Assembly (NCBI GenBank): GCA_035938215.1
Contig: DASZHC010000089.1
Coordinates: 1-49,488, forward strand
DNA: 49,488 nucleotides
Origin: Chthoniobacterales bacterium
Lineage (GTDB): Bacteria; Verrucomicrobiota; Verrucomicrobiia; Chthoniobacterales; JAFAMB01
Reading direction: 5' to 3'
The notes under the pieces were generated by a model, which worked only from the letters and a program-made list of their open reading frames with translations, was not told where the DNA came from and did not search any database. The position numbers were made by a program, and so were the translations under genes. Positions 1 to 10,102 of this stretch are shown in pieces. Numbering within the stretch: position 1 is the first letter of the stretch; each line of letters opens with the position of its first letter.

Positions 1-944
1 TTGACACGCGACTCCTCTAATACTTCAGCAACGCTGTCTTTCGCAAATATTTCCGCATTCAAAAGCTGATGATTTTCCGACGCCAATGGATATGGAATCA
101 AAATCGCAGGAAGACTGAAATGGGAAAGCTCTGTTAGAGTCGCTGCCCCGGATCTTGCAATTGCCACATCCGCGACGCAGTAGACCTCTTCCATGCGATG
201 GTAAAAGGCGCTTATGAACGCTCGAATACCCACACTCCGATAACATCGAGAAACATTGTACTCATCTTCTTTTCCCGTCAGATGGATGAATTGAACTTGA
301 CATCCCTGAAATCGAGGAAGTGCAGCTATGACGGCTTCATTTATGCCGTGTGCTCCCTGGCTTCCACCCATCACCAAAACGGTTTTCAGATTCCCATCAA
401 GTCCAAGGACTCGCAGCGCATCCTTGCGATCGACAGGTGCCAGCAGACTGCTGCGAATCGGAGTTCCAGTAACTTCCAGAGCAGATCTCGGGAAATATCT
501 GCGGCATTCTGCAAATCCAATCAGAACTTTGTCGGACAGTTTTGCATTTAAGAGGTTCGCTTTGCCGGGGATTGCATTTGATTCGTGGATGAACGCTGGA
601 AGACCGGCCATGCGCCCCGCAAGTATAGGTGCTGTCGAGGTAAATCCACCCATCCCAAGAACCGCTCGCGGCCCAAAGGATCGATAAATTTTCCGGCAAG
701 CATTTAAACCTTTCAGAAATCTAGCAGCAAATGGTACAACTTGTGTCGACAGGAGCTTCGGCAAGCCGACAGCAGGAATTTTTTCGACTTTAAATTCCTT
801 TCGATCCCGCACGGCGGTAGCGTCTATCTGCTTTTCGGAAATGAGCAGAAGGATGTCGTGACCGCGGCTTATTAGAGCCTCGGCAACGGCTATTCCCGGG
901 AACAGGTGGCCGCCCGTTCCTCCGCATGCGATTGCCACATTCAT
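1..944 (-). CDS. murG: MurG (undecaprenyl-PP-MurNAc-pentapeptide GlcNAc transferase); C-terminal end runs off the window
   Basis: Not in the ORF track because it has no stop in the window. Reverse translation from ATG 944-942 gives MNVAIACGGTGGHLFPGIAVAEAL... (GGTGGH motif). It follows ftsW in the dcw order. Confidence 0.9.
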   Translation of the reverse strand, partial: MNVAIACGGTGGHLFPGIAVAEALISRGHDILLLISEKQIDATAVRDRKEFKVEKIPAVGLPKLLSTQVVPFAARFLKGLNACRKIYRSFGPRAVLGMGGFTSTAPILAGRMAGLPAFIHESNAIPGKANLLNAKLSDKVLIGFAECRRYFPRSALEVTGTPIRSSLLAPVDRKDALRVLGLDGNLKTVLVMGGSQGAHGINEAVIAALPRFQGCQVQFIHLTGKEDEYNVSRCYRSVGIRAFISAFYHRMEEVYCVADVAIARSGAATLTELSHFSLPAILIPYPLASENHQLLNAEIFAKDSVAEVLEESRV

Positions 945-957
945 TAAACGAAGGATT

Positions 958-2103
958 CTAAATTCGTGAAACGTGTCTCGCCCGCACCATCATTTGTATA
1001 CTAGCAGTCTGGTTATCGTCTTTGCCCTGCCGGTAGATGTTGATGAGGATACCCACGCAAACGAGACAGAAGAAAAGGTTCGATCCTCCATAACTTATAA
1101 ACGGCAAAGGAAGTCCTTTGTTTGGTAGAAGCGATGTAGTCACGCCTATATTGATCGCCGCCTGAAGACCGAGAGTGAAAGTGCACCCCATACCAAGAAG
1201 CATCCCAAACCTGTCCTTCGCGTGAAGCGCAATCAGGATGCCGCTAGTGATTATGAGCAAATAACAAAACACGACAACAAGAGTAACGCGCAATCCTAAT
1301 TCCTCGCCGATAACTGGAAATATGAAGTCAGTATGCGCGTAAGGGAGATAAAGCATCTTCTGACGTCCGTTACCCAGGCCAAGGCCTTCGGTACCTCCGG
1401 AACCGAAGGCGATCAATCCCATCCACTGCTGGTGCCCCTCCTTTTCCTGGTATTGTTCCGGGTGTAGAAACGCCAGTAAACGCCCTTGCCGCTCCGAAAT
1501 GTGCCAAGCAATCATCAGGATTGACGCTACGCCTGTAAGAACCAGCGGGCCCAGATATTTCGGATTTGCGCCCGCTATAAACATCATCACGAAAACAGTT
1601 CCGGCGATCAACAGCGTCGTTCCTAGATCCGTCTCGACGACAATCAACACAAGAAGCGTCATGGCCAGAGCGATTGGAACGGCCAATCCAATCAAAAGCC
1701 CTTTTGTCTTCGCCTCGAATTTTGTGAACCACCACGCTATAAAAATGACTGCAGCCAACTTTGCCAATTCTGACGGCTGAAAAGTCGCCGTTCCGAAATG
1801 AATCCAGCGCCATGAACCATTGATCCGCATTCCAATAGGCCTGACAAAACAGAGAGCCAGAAGACCAAGCGCGATTAAATAAAAAAGATACCAGAAACGT
1901 TCAAGCCAATGATAGTCCAGCAGAGCGAAGGCAATCGAGAATACGAATCCGACACCAAGCCAGAAACCCTGCTTCTTCAGAAAACTGAACTGATCTCCGT
2001 GACTGTCGGGAGCAAATGCGCCCGTACTGTAGAGCATTACCAATCCGATAGTTATCAAGCCCGCAACCGAAAGAACCAGGATATATGGACTTTGTTTATG
2101 CAT
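958..2103 (-). CDS. ftsW: FtsW/RodA/SpoVE-family peptidoglycan polymerase (FtsW by position)
   Basis: 381-aa polytopic membrane ORF with the C-terminal family signature NKGLPLPFISYGGSNL. Lies between murD and murG. Confidence 0.9.
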   Translation of the reverse strand: MHKQSPYILVLSVAGLITIGLVMLYSTGAFAPDSHGDQFSFLKKQGFWLGVGFVFSIAFALLDYHWLERFWYLFYLIALGLLALCFVRPIGMRINGSWRWIHFGTATFQPSELAKLAAVIFIAWWFTKFEAKTKGLLIGLAVPIALAMTLLVLIVVETDLGTTLLIAGTVFVMMFIAGANPKYLGPLVLTGVASILMIAWHISERQGRLLAFLHPEQYQEKEGHQQWMGLIAFGSGGTEGLGLGNGRQKMLYLPYAHTDFIFPVIGEELGLRVTLVVVFCYLLIITSGILIALHAKDRFGMLLGMGCTFTLGLQAAINIGVTTSLLPNKGLPLPFISYGGSNLFFCLVCVGILINIYRQGKDDNQTASIQMMVRARHVSRI

Positions 2104-2106
2104 CTT

Positions 2107-2664
2107 TCATGGAATAAACAATCTTTGGCCGATCTGCAGTTTTTTTGGATCTTCGATATTATTGGTTTTTAATAGCTCGGCGTAACTAACTTTAAATTTC
2201 TTTGCGATTCCAGCAGGGCTGTCCCCCTTTTGCACCACATAGGTCTTTCCACCCGCCCCGGCGGATTCAGATGCTCCACCGCCTTGGGGCTTTGTTACGT
2301 TGCCGGTCGTCAGGCGAGAGGCGTCTACAATCTTTTGTGCTTCCAACTTCGCTCCGGGTTTTTCCTGCGTCCCTGATTCCCGCATCGCAACTGGTTGAAC
2401 TGTTGCGCCTTTTCCGTTTTTGGGCTCCGTCTTTTCCGATTTGCCGGCCAGAGTACCCGTCTGCCGGTCTTTTAGCGCACTGAAAGCGAATATGCCGCCT
2501 ACCGCAACGACGTGAAGCAACAAAACGACAACAAATGCTCTCGATAGTCGAACATTCGGTTCCTCGGAATCGCCATCTTCTTCCGAGTACTTGGCAGTTC
2601 GCTGCGCGGCAGCGCGAAGCCTCCTTCTCGGCGTTGGTTTCACAGATTTTCTTAACACTTTCAC
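2107..2664 (-). CDS. Membrane-anchored LysM-domain protein
   Basis: 185 aa with a basic N-terminus and one TM helix (AFVVVLLLHVVAVGGIFAF). C-terminal LysM motif YVVQKGDSPAGIAKKFKVSYAELLKTNNI..LQIGQRLFIP. 4-nt overlap with the murD stop. Confidence 0.8.
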   Translation of the reverse strand: MKVLRKSVKPTPRRRLRAAAQRTAKYSEEDGDSEEPNVRLSRAFVVVLLLHVVAVGGIFAFSALKDRQTGTLAGKSEKTEPKNGKGATVQPVAMRESGTQEKPGAKLEAQKIVDASRLTTGNVTKPQGGGASESAGAGGKTYVVQKGDSPAGIAKKFKVSYAELLKTNNIEDPKKLQIGQRLFIP

Positions 2665-3977
2665 CTTTTTAACTCCTGAATGATTTCACGGAATTGGTTG
2701 CCGCGGTCGGCATAGTTCTTGAACATGTCGAACGAAGATGTCCCTGGTGAGAAAAGTACCACGTCTCCTCGTTTGCTACACCGGCGCGCCTCAATGACTG
2801 CATCCCTCAGCGAATTTGCAATGGAGCATGGCACTACCCTTGACCAACTCTTGAAAATCCGATCAGCCATTTCACCGATCAAAACAGCATGCGTGACTTT
2901 GGCACGAACGATTTCCTCGAGAGTATCGAACTCAAAACCCTTATCCTTGCCGCCGGCTAACAAAACAACCGGGTGAGACTGCGATTCAAGGGCCTTCGCC
3001 AAAGCATCCAGGTTCGTTGCCTTGGAGTCGTTGATAAATCTAACGCCATCTATTTCCCCGACCTGCTCGCAACGATGCGGGAGGACAGTATAGCCTACCG
3101 ATCCCTGCCTGGCCTTTTCCCAGGTCAGATTAAAAGCATACGCTGTCCCCAACGCCGCCATCAGGTTTTCGATGTTGTGGATACTGCTGAGATTTGTCTC
3201 TTCGACATTTAGAATTGATTTTCCCCTGAAGAGAATCGTGTTGCTCTTGAGGGTGATGTCGCAGTCTTTTGAATAGGCGCTGAATCGAATTTGCCGTGCG
3301 GCCAGAAGCGGCAAATCGTCGGCACGATTTGTGACCGCGTAGTCGCTCGCTTTCTGATTCTCAAAGATACGCAACTTGGCGGCACGATACTCTTCCATGC
3401 TGCGATAACGGTCCAGGTGGTCTGGGGTAAGATTCAACCAAACGGCCACGTTGGGCCGAAATGTCGATATTGTTTCAAGTTGGAAGGAACTGACTTCTAC
3501 CGCAAAGACATCAAATTTCTCCTGTCGTTGCACCGCCTCGGCGAAGGGCGTGCCGATGTTACCGCACGCCAGCGTCCGAAGCCCTCCCGCGTTCAACATC
3601 GCCGCAATCAGTTGGGTTGTTGTCGTCTTTCCGTTTGTCCCCGTAATCGCAACGATGGGTCGCCGGCAAAAGCGAGAAGACAATTCCAGCTCACCTGTGA
3701 ACGATGCGCCTTGCCGGAGAAAATTCTTGACGATAGGGGCGAAGGGACCGATGCCAGGACTCAATACCGCGAGGTCGTAATCGGCTTCGGCTACATCTGC
3801 CGAAGGGCCTGTGATCACAGAGATCCCGAGTTGCTGAAGGGAACGCACCTTCTCCGGGTCAGGCGTTCCGCTGTCGAGGACCGTGACCTGCGCCCCATAG
3901 GCACGGAGCAACCTGCCAGCGGCTTCACCACTGCTCCCAAGTCCAAGAACGGCTGCTCTTTTGCCATCAAAGTTCAT
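2661..3977 (-). CDS. murD: UDP-N-acetylmuramoylalanine--D-glutamate ligase
   Basis: 438 aa. N-terminal GLGSSG Rossmann loop and Mur-ligase P-loop ITGTNGKTTTT. ATGA overlap with mraY. Confidence 0.93.
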   Translation of the reverse strand: MNFDGKRAAVLGLGSSGEAAGRLLRAYGAQVTVLDSGTPDPEKVRSLQQLGISVITGPSADVAEADYDLAVLSPGIGPFAPIVKNFLRQGASFTGELELSSRFCRRPIVAITGTNGKTTTTQLIAAMLNAGGLRTLACGNIGTPFAEAVQRQEKFDVFAVEVSSFQLETISTFRPNVAVWLNLTPDHLDRYRSMEEYRAAKLRIFENQKASDYAVTNRADDLPLLAARQIRFSAYSKDCDITLKSNTILFRGKSILNVEETNLSSIHNIENLMAALGTAYAFNLTWEKARQGSVGYTVLPHRCEQVGEIDGVRFINDSKATNLDALAKALESQSHPVVLLAGGKDKGFEFDTLEEIVRAKVTHAVLIGEMADRIFKSWSRVVPCSIANSLRDAVIEARRCSKRGDVVLFSPGTSSFDMFKNYADRGNQFREIIQELKR

Positions 3978-5098
3978 CGCAGTTTAAGCGTGGCAAGACC
4001 AAGGAAAGCAAACATGAGCGACATGATCCAGAAGCGCACGATGACCGTGTTCTCTTTCCAACCCATCAACTCGAAATGATGATGTAAGGGCGACATCAGA
4101 AGAACCCGTTTGCCTGTGAGCTTGAAACTCGCCACTTGAAGAATCACTGATAGCGCCTCGATCACAAAAATTCCCCCAATAACGATGAGGAGCAGTTCCT
4201 GCTTGCAGCAAATCGCGACTACCCCAAGGGTCCCGCCGATCGAGAGGGACCCGGTGTCACCCATAAACACTTTGGCCGGATGGCAGTTAAACCAAAGAAA
4301 CCCGAGTCCGGCTCCCACGAGCGATGTGCAAATGATCGTAAGTTCTTCGCTCTGTCGATAGAAGGGCAGGTCAAGGTAGGTCGCGACTCCCACATTTCCT
4401 GCGGCATAAGCCAGGATTGCATAGGTCGAGGCCACCGTCACTGTACAGCCTGTCGCCAAACCATCGAGGCCATCCGTGAGATTCACCGCATTTGAGGCGC
4501 CGACGATGACAATCGCGAAAAACAGAAGCGTGAACCATCCAAGATTGGCGATGATCGGTTCCTTGAAAAATGGAATATAAAGTTCCCTTGCCTGCACTTC
4601 GAGCGAGGGATTAGACAGGAAGAACGCGGTAACAATCGCCGCAAGAAGAAACTGGCATACGAGTTTAACCCGCCCGGGAATGCCGTCGGATTTTTTCTTC
4701 GTTACCTTGAGGTAATCATCCACAAAGCCGAGACCGGCCGTAAAGATAATTGTGAAAAGGCACAGCCATACGAATCCATTGTCAGGACGCGCCCATATGA
4801 TTGAGGATACCACGACAGAGCCCATAAATAAGACTCCACCCATCGTCGGCGTTCCCTTTTTTGCGCCATGAAGTTCGTAAAGCCGATGAACTTCATCGGC
4901 CGTTCGGATTGGTTGACCGAACTTTAAGGAGGTTAGTTTGCGAATGACCCAGTTCCCAAAGACGATGCAAAACAGAAACGCCGTAATCGCTGAACAGACC
5001 GCTCGAAAGGAAACATACTGGAATACGTTAAATCCTCCGGCAAGAGCATTTGGCCCCTGGCTCAGGTAATAGAGATAAAACATCATCGCAACCTCCAT
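3974..5098 (-). CDS. mraY: Phospho-N-acetylmuramoyl-pentapeptide transferase
   Basis: 374-aa multi-TM ORF with MraY motifs DDYLKV and NAVNLTDGLDGLA. The true start may be one of the Met codons a few residues in. Confidence 0.95.
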   Translation of the reverse strand: MEVAMMFYLYYLSQGPNALAGGFNVFQYVSFRAVCSAITAFLFCIVFGNWVIRKLTSLKFGQPIRTADEVHRLYELHGAKKGTPTMGGVLFMGSVVVSSIIWARPDNGFVWLCLFTIIFTAGLGFVDDYLKVTKKKSDGIPGRVKLVCQFLLAAIVTAFFLSNPSLEVQARELYIPFFKEPIIANLGWFTLLFFAIVIVGASNAVNLTDGLDGLATGCTVTVASTYAILAYAAGNVGVATYLDLPFYRQSEELTIICTSLVGAGLGFLWFNCHPAKVFMGDTGSLSIGGTLGVVAICCKQELLLIVIGGIFVIEALSVILQVASFKLTGKRVLLMSPLHHHFELMGWKENTVIVRFWIMSLMFAFLGLATLKLR

Positions 5099-6471
5099 CT
5101 CCCATTGCCTTTTGCAGCTTCGAGTCCTCGGACCACACGATCCATGGCGGATGATAGGCTCCCCTTCACCAAAAGCAGATCGCCGGGCTCCAGATAGTCG
5201 AGCAGCACCTCAACGGCTTGCTCGTGCGAGCTTGCCTCGCGCGTCCGCTTCAGACCGGCACCGTTGGCCGCCTGCGCTATTAATTGAGCCTCCTCCCCGA
5301 CGGTGACCAGGTAGTCGAAAGCTAACTCTGCAACCGCTCGCCCGACTTGCCGATGACCGGCATCCGACTCCTTTCCCAGCTCACCCATTCGCCCAAGCGC
5401 TGCTACTCTGCGTCCTCGAACGGCAAAACTTGTCGCAGTCTTCAAGGCGGCAACCATTGATTCGGGATTCGCGTTATAGGCATCGTTAATCACGAGAACC
5501 GCTCCGAGTCTTTGCACCTTCAACCGATTTCCAGGAATTGTTGTGTTGGCCAGTCCACAGGCAATTTCTTCCAGAATCAGGCCGAAGCCGAGTCCGACGC
5601 CGGCGGCAAGGCAGGCGTTCATCACCATGTGCTCGCCGTGAACCGGCAGCTTGACCAATGTGCTTTCAGACCCATGGCTCAGGATGAAAACTTCCCCCTT
5701 CTCGGTGTGTTGGATTTCTCGGGCCTGCAGGTCCCCGCGATTGATTCCCGCGCGAATCACCCGAGCCTTTGTGCGTGCAGCAAGCCAGTCAGTAAAATCA
5801 TCGTTCGCGTTCAGCACAACACATCCCCCTGCCGAAACCGATTCAACAACAATAGATTTTTCCTTAGCAATCGCTTCGCGCGACCCGAGATATCCGATGT
5901 GGGCGATGCCGATATTCGTAATCACAGCGAAATCGGGACGCGCGATCTCGCAAAGCGGCGCCAGTTCCCCGGCGTGATTCATTCCCATCTCGAAGACGCC
6001 AACTTCGTCCTCAGCGCCTGTGCCAAGAACAGTAAGCGGCAGACCGATATGATTGTTATAGTTCCCAACCGTTTTGCTGACAGATAGCCGTTCACTGAGC
6101 ACAGAGGCGGTCATTTCTTTGGTACTTGTCTTTCCGTTGCTTCCCGTCACCGCGACCGCTTTAATGCGAAGCTCGCTACGATACGCTTTTGCCATTTGCT
6201 GCAACCCTCGCAGCGTGTCAGAAACTTCGATCTGACTCAGGACCGCCAAGTCAGGTCTAACCCGGCTCACCAGCGCCCCAGCCGCGCCCGCCTCCTGGAC
6301 TTCCCCTAGAAAGCTGTGTCCGTCAAACTGGTCTCCACGCAAGGCAACAAAGAAGTCACCGCTCTGAACTAAGCGTGAATCCGTCACGATACGGCTCACC
6401 GTCATGCCGCTTCTGCCATGGATCTTTCCACCGACCCAATCAGCAATCTGGCTTAGCGTTCTACGATCCAT
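5083..6471 (-). CDS. murF: UDP-MurNAc-tripeptide--D-Ala-D-Ala ligase
   Basis: Motifs DSRLVQSGDFFVALRGDQFDGHSF and P-loop VTGSNGKTSTKEM. Start moved from ORF-track 6528 to the in-frame ATG at 6471 (MDRRTLSQIADW), because the upstream extension overlaps murE. Confidence 0.9.
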   Translation of the reverse strand: MDRRTLSQIADWVGGKIHGRSGMTVSRIVTDSRLVQSGDFFVALRGDQFDGHSFLGEVQEAGAAGALVSRVRPDLAVLSQIEVSDTLRGLQQMAKAYRSELRIKAVAVTGSNGKTSTKEMTASVLSERLSVSKTVGNYNNHIGLPLTVLGTGAEDEVGVFEMGMNHAGELAPLCEIARPDFAVITNIGIAHIGYLGSREAIAKEKSIVVESVSAGGCVVLNANDDFTDWLAARTKARVIRAGINRGDLQAREIQHTEKGEVFILSHGSESTLVKLPVHGEHMVMNACLAAGVGLGFGLILEEIACGLANTTIPGNRLKVQRLGAVLVINDAYNANPESMVAALKTATSFAVRGRRVAALGRMGELGKESDAGHRQVGRAVAELAFDYLVTVGEEAQLIAQAANGAGLKRTREASSHEQAVEVLLDYLEPGDLLLVKGSLSSAMDRVVRGLEAAKGNGRWRLR

Positions 6472-7951
6472 TTTTCGACAGTTCCACGGGGTGTTCTTCC
6501 AAAGCGCGAACCGCGACCTCGACGTCATCGAAAGGAATAGTGTGATCGCTGAACTCCTGCGTTTTCTCGTGCCCTTTTCCGGCGATCAAAACGATGTCCC
6601 TTGGCTTAGCTAACTCTATCGCGCGCCCGATCGCCTTTTTGCGATCGACGATTTTTTCATAACTCTTGCGTTTGAACCCCCCTTCAATATCGCGAATAAT
6701 CGCTTCAGGATCCTCTTTGCGCGGGTTATCTGAAGTGATAACTGTGAAATCTGCCAGTTGGTCGGCTGCGCTTCCCATCAGTGGCCGTTTTGACCTGTCC
6801 CGATTACCTCCGCACCCAAATACAACAATTAAACGGTTTGGATTCAAGTCGCGGCAGGTCCTTAGCACGTTAAATAACGCGTCATCAGTGTGCGCATAAT
6901 CGACAAAGACCTGGAACTGGCGCTTCGCGGAGACCGCTTCAAGCCGACCCGGTATCTGAGGAGCCCTTGCAAGAGCGGTAACCAATGTCCGGATGTCTAC
7001 GCCCACCGCAAAAGCAGCAGCCAACGCCGCCAGCGAGTTATAGATGTTAAAGCGCCCGATTAAGGGAAGTCGCACGAGATAGCTTTTCTCTCTGGCGTCG
7101 AGCTGGTAGGAAGTCCCGCTCAGTTCCACTTTGAAATTGCTCGCGCGAAAGTCCGCACGTGCTCCCATTCCGTAGGTGATCATCGCTATATCCCTGCCGA
7201 ATCGGGCGACTAATTGCTGCCCGTACGGATCATCAACATTGATAACCGCTGTCCTCGATTTTTTCTCGCTCGCACGCAGATTCTCGAAGAGCCGTGTCTT
7301 CGCTTCAAAGTAGTCTTTCATCCCCGGATGAAAATCCAGGTGATCTCTTGTCAGATTGGTAAACACTCCGACATCAAAGGCGATTTCATCCGCGCGGTTC
7401 CGAATTAACGCATGCGAGGAAACCTCGATCACTACATTTCGGCAACCGGCCTCGACGCAGTGCCTCAGGAGTTCCTGCAAATCAAGAGACTCCGGCGTGG
7501 TTCGATGAGCCGGCAGTACGCGTCTGCCAATCTCGTATTGGACCGTACCGATCAGTCCGCTCGGACGATTCGCTTTTTCAAGTAAATGTTTAACCAGGAA
7601 AGTCGTCGTGGTTTTTCCGTTCGTTCCGGTAACCCCAATCATCGTCAGCTCCTTGGCAGGTTCTCGGTAAAATGCGGAGGCCAACCGGGCAAGAGCTTCC
7701 CGCGAATCCGGCACAACAATCATCGTAGCCCTATGAGAAAGACCGACATATTCTCCAACGACTGCCACGGCTCCCTTCTCGACCGCCTGTTCGATAAATG
7801 AATGACCATCGAATTGTTCTCCTCGTATTGCGACAAAGAGATCTCCAGGGCCGGCTCGTCGCGAATCATAGGAAATGCCTCCTATGTCGCGGTTCACCGG
7901 GCCATCGATCGCGATAGCCCCTATCCCTCGAATGAGATCTGCCAGTTGCAT
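6461..7951 (-). CDS. murE: UDP-MurNAc-L-Ala-D-Glu--2,6-diaminopimelate (or L-Lys) ligase
   Basis: Motifs DSRRAGPGDLFVAIRGEQFDGHSF, GVTGTNGKTTTT and ITSDNPRKEDP. Start set at ATG 7951 (MQLADLIRG), 10 nt after the ftsI stop; the ORF-track start 8194 overlaps ftsI. Confidence 0.9.
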   Translation of the reverse strand: MQLADLIRGIGAIAIDGPVNRDIGGISYDSRRAGPGDLFVAIRGEQFDGHSFIEQAVEKGAVAVVGEYVGLSHRATMIVVPDSREALARLASAFYREPAKELTMIGVTGTNGKTTTTFLVKHLLEKANRPSGLIGTVQYEIGRRVLPAHRTTPESLDLQELLRHCVEAGCRNVVIEVSSHALIRNRADEIAFDVGVFTNLTRDHLDFHPGMKDYFEAKTRLFENLRASEKKSRTAVINVDDPYGQQLVARFGRDIAMITYGMGARADFRASNFKVELSGTSYQLDAREKSYLVRLPLIGRFNIYNSLAALAAAFAVGVDIRTLVTALARAPQIPGRLEAVSAKRQFQVFVDYAHTDDALFNVLRTCRDLNPNRLIVVFGCGGNRDRSKRPLMGSAADQLADFTVITSDNPRKEDPEAIIRDIEGGFKRKSYEKIVDRKKAIGRAIELAKPRDIVLIAGKGHEKTQEFSDHTIPFDDVEVAVRALEEHPVELSKNGS

Positions 7952-7961
7952 GATAACTCGA

Positions 7962-9740
7962 CTAATCACGGCTGTACCGGGACAGCGCCACTCTTTTTTG
8001 GCCAAGAGCAACGCGCTGAGGCGGAATTTCTTCGGTAGGCTGAAGATCGAGATAACGTGCCATTCTTTCCGCCATCCTCGAGAATACGGGCCCCGCCACC
8101 GTACCCCCGAACGCTTCACCCTGCTTCGCGGACGGGTCGTCCAGCAACACCAGCAAGGTGAATCGGGGATCATCCGCCGGCATGAAGCCCACAAACGAGG
8201 TCACGTACCGGCCCGATAGGTATCCTCCGCGCGGATCCACCTTTTGCGCGGTGCCTGTTTTTCCCGCGACACGAAATCCAGGCACGGCCGCCTTGAGCGC
8301 CGTACCCTTTTTGCTCACAACATCCTTCAGCGCTGATGTAATCTTGCGTGCTGTGCCCGCGGAGACGACCTGGCGCACCATTTCAGGGGTGAACGTCGCC
8401 ACTTTGCGGCCCGTTTCATCCGTGATTTCTGAAACAATCATTGGCTTCATCAGTTTGCCGCCATTCGCGATACTGGACATCGCACTAACCATTTGCAATG
8501 GAGTTACAGCCACCGATTGGCCCATTGGAATTCGCGTGATGTCCAGTTTACTCCATCGATGAGGCGGATTAACCAAACCACTTATTTCGCCGCTTAAGGC
8601 GACCCCGGTCTTTTGACCGAAGCCATACCTGCGTATGTATTCGTACAATCTCGCTTCGCCCAATTGCAGAGCTAATTTGGCTACGCCGATGTTACTCGAC
8701 TTCATCAGCACTTGGTGGACCGTCAAAACGCCCATCGGATGCGCATCCCGCAAAACGCGGCCCGCGTACTGAAAATGGCCGTTTTCGCAATATACGGTGG
8801 TATCCGGCGTTACCAGCTTCTCCTCCAGGACAGCCGATGTCGTGACAATCTTGAAGGTCGAACCCGGTTCAACCATGTCTACTACCGAACGATTTTTCTC
8901 CTGGTCGGGAACGGCATCGCCAGGCTTATTCGGATCAAATGTCGGACGACTGGCCATCGCCAGGATTTCGCCCGTCTGCGGGCGCATCATGATTGCCGTG
9001 GCGTTCTTAGGCTTGAATTGCGCGCACGCCGCGTCAAGTTCAGTCTCCAGGATATTCTGCAGCCCAAGATCGACCGTGAGCTTTACGTTGCTTCCGTCTT
9101 TTGCCGCGTTCTCCTGGCCACGATAAGGGACGAGTTCCTTTCCTGTTCGATCAGTTTCAATATATCGAAACCCGTCCACTCCCTGCAGGAAATCTTGCAT
9201 CGTGCGCTCGATCCCCATGGTTCCTTTGTGCTCGTGATCGACGAAGCCGATGACTTGCGAGAGCATCCGGCCATTCGGATAAATCCGCACAAAATCCTGG
9301 TCAAAGTAGATTCCACGCAGATTCGCCACACGGAGCGACTCCTTTATCTTCTCAGCCTTCTGCTCCGGAACCTCGGACTTGAGAACAATATGCTTACTGC
9401 CTTTTCCGGTCTGGTTCAGCTTATCCGCGAGGTCGCGCGGATCCATTTCAAGCTGATTTGCGATTGCCGCTGCCAAAGCCACCGGATCCCGAATATGCGA
9501 CGCGTCTGCAACGACGGTCTTAACCGGGACGTTTTCGGCAAGAGCTTCGTCATGAGCATCTCGGATGATACCACGCCTGGCATAGATTATTTGTTTGTGA
9601 CTGTGTTTTTCTGCAGCAAGCGCGGTGAATTTCTCGTGTTCAATAATCTGGAGATCGATGAGTCGAACCGAGTAGACACTGAATACGCCGACCAATCCAA
9701 AGCAGACGGTGACGGCGCGCGCTTGTGCATTCCAATTCAT
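7962..9740 (-). CDS. ftsI: Class B penicillin-binding protein / division transpeptidase
   Basis: 592 aa with an N-terminal TM anchor and the SxxK (STFK), SxN (SSN), KTG (KTGT) triad. dcw position. Confidence 0.9.
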   Translation of the reverse strand: MNWNAQARAVTVCFGLVGVFSVYSVRLIDLQIIEHEKFTALAAEKHSHKQIIYARRGIIRDAHDEALAENVPVKTVVADASHIRDPVALAAAIANQLEMDPRDLADKLNQTGKGSKHIVLKSEVPEQKAEKIKESLRVANLRGIYFDQDFVRIYPNGRMLSQVIGFVDHEHKGTMGIERTMQDFLQGVDGFRYIETDRTGKELVPYRGQENAAKDGSNVKLTVDLGLQNILETELDAACAQFKPKNATAIMMRPQTGEILAMASRPTFDPNKPGDAVPDQEKNRSVVDMVEPGSTFKIVTTSAVLEEKLVTPDTTVYCENGHFQYAGRVLRDAHPMGVLTVHQVLMKSSNIGVAKLALQLGEARLYEYIRRYGFGQKTGVALSGEISGLVNPPHRWSKLDITRIPMGQSVAVTPLQMVSAMSSIANGGKLMKPMIVSEITDETGRKVATFTPEMVRQVVSAGTARKITSALKDVVSKKGTALKAAVPGFRVAGKTGTAQKVDPRGGYLSGRYVTSFVGFMPADDPRFTLLVLLDDPSAKQGEAFGGTVAGPVFSRMAERMARYLDLQPTEEIPPQRVALGQKRVALSRYSRD

Positions 9741-10102
9741 TGGTTAAAGCCGCGATTGGAGACGACTCTCAACTCATCCCCGACCCCATCGTGACGCTGG
9801 TTAAGGCGAACGATTTGATCACTCGCAATCGGCAAAAGCCCGAGCGAATTTTTAGCCAGCTTCTTTTCGAGGATGCCTCTCGAACTGAGCTGGGTGATTT
9901 GCGCACGAACAGCTTCATTAGCAGTTCGGATCTCAGTGAGTTCGTACTCCAATCGGCGTTGAATCTCTCCATACTGGTGGAGCTGATTCTTCAAATAAAC
10001 ATAAGACAATCCTGCAGTTGCCAGGATTGAAGTGCTAACAACTACCTTAAAGATAGAAGCAACCTTGATAGAATGTGTAATATTCCTGCGATTACGAGTC
10101 AT
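9737..10102 (-). CDS. ftsL: FtsL-like small bitopic division protein
   Basis: 121 aa with one TM helix (IFKVVVSTSILATAGLSYVYL) followed by a coiled-coil-like segment. 4-nt overlaps with both rsmH and ftsI. Called mainly by position. Confidence 0.6.
   Translation of the reverse strand: MTRNRRNITHSIKVASIFKVVVSTSILATAGLSYVYLKNQLHQYGEIQRRLEYELTEIRTANEAVRAQITQLSSRGILEKKLAKNSLGLLPIASDQIVRLNQRHDGVGDELRVVSNRGFNQ

Noticed and set aside
6472-6528. N-terminal extensions suggested by the ORF track for murF (6528), murE (8194), proB (13993), OmpA (19617), PEBP (24711), DUF4328 (26679), the kinase (26772), SDR (33764), the DHp-only gene (37315) and 39879
   Set aside because: The extensions overlap neighbouring genes or translate repeat elements. 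In every case an in-frame downstream start gives the family-typical N-terminus.
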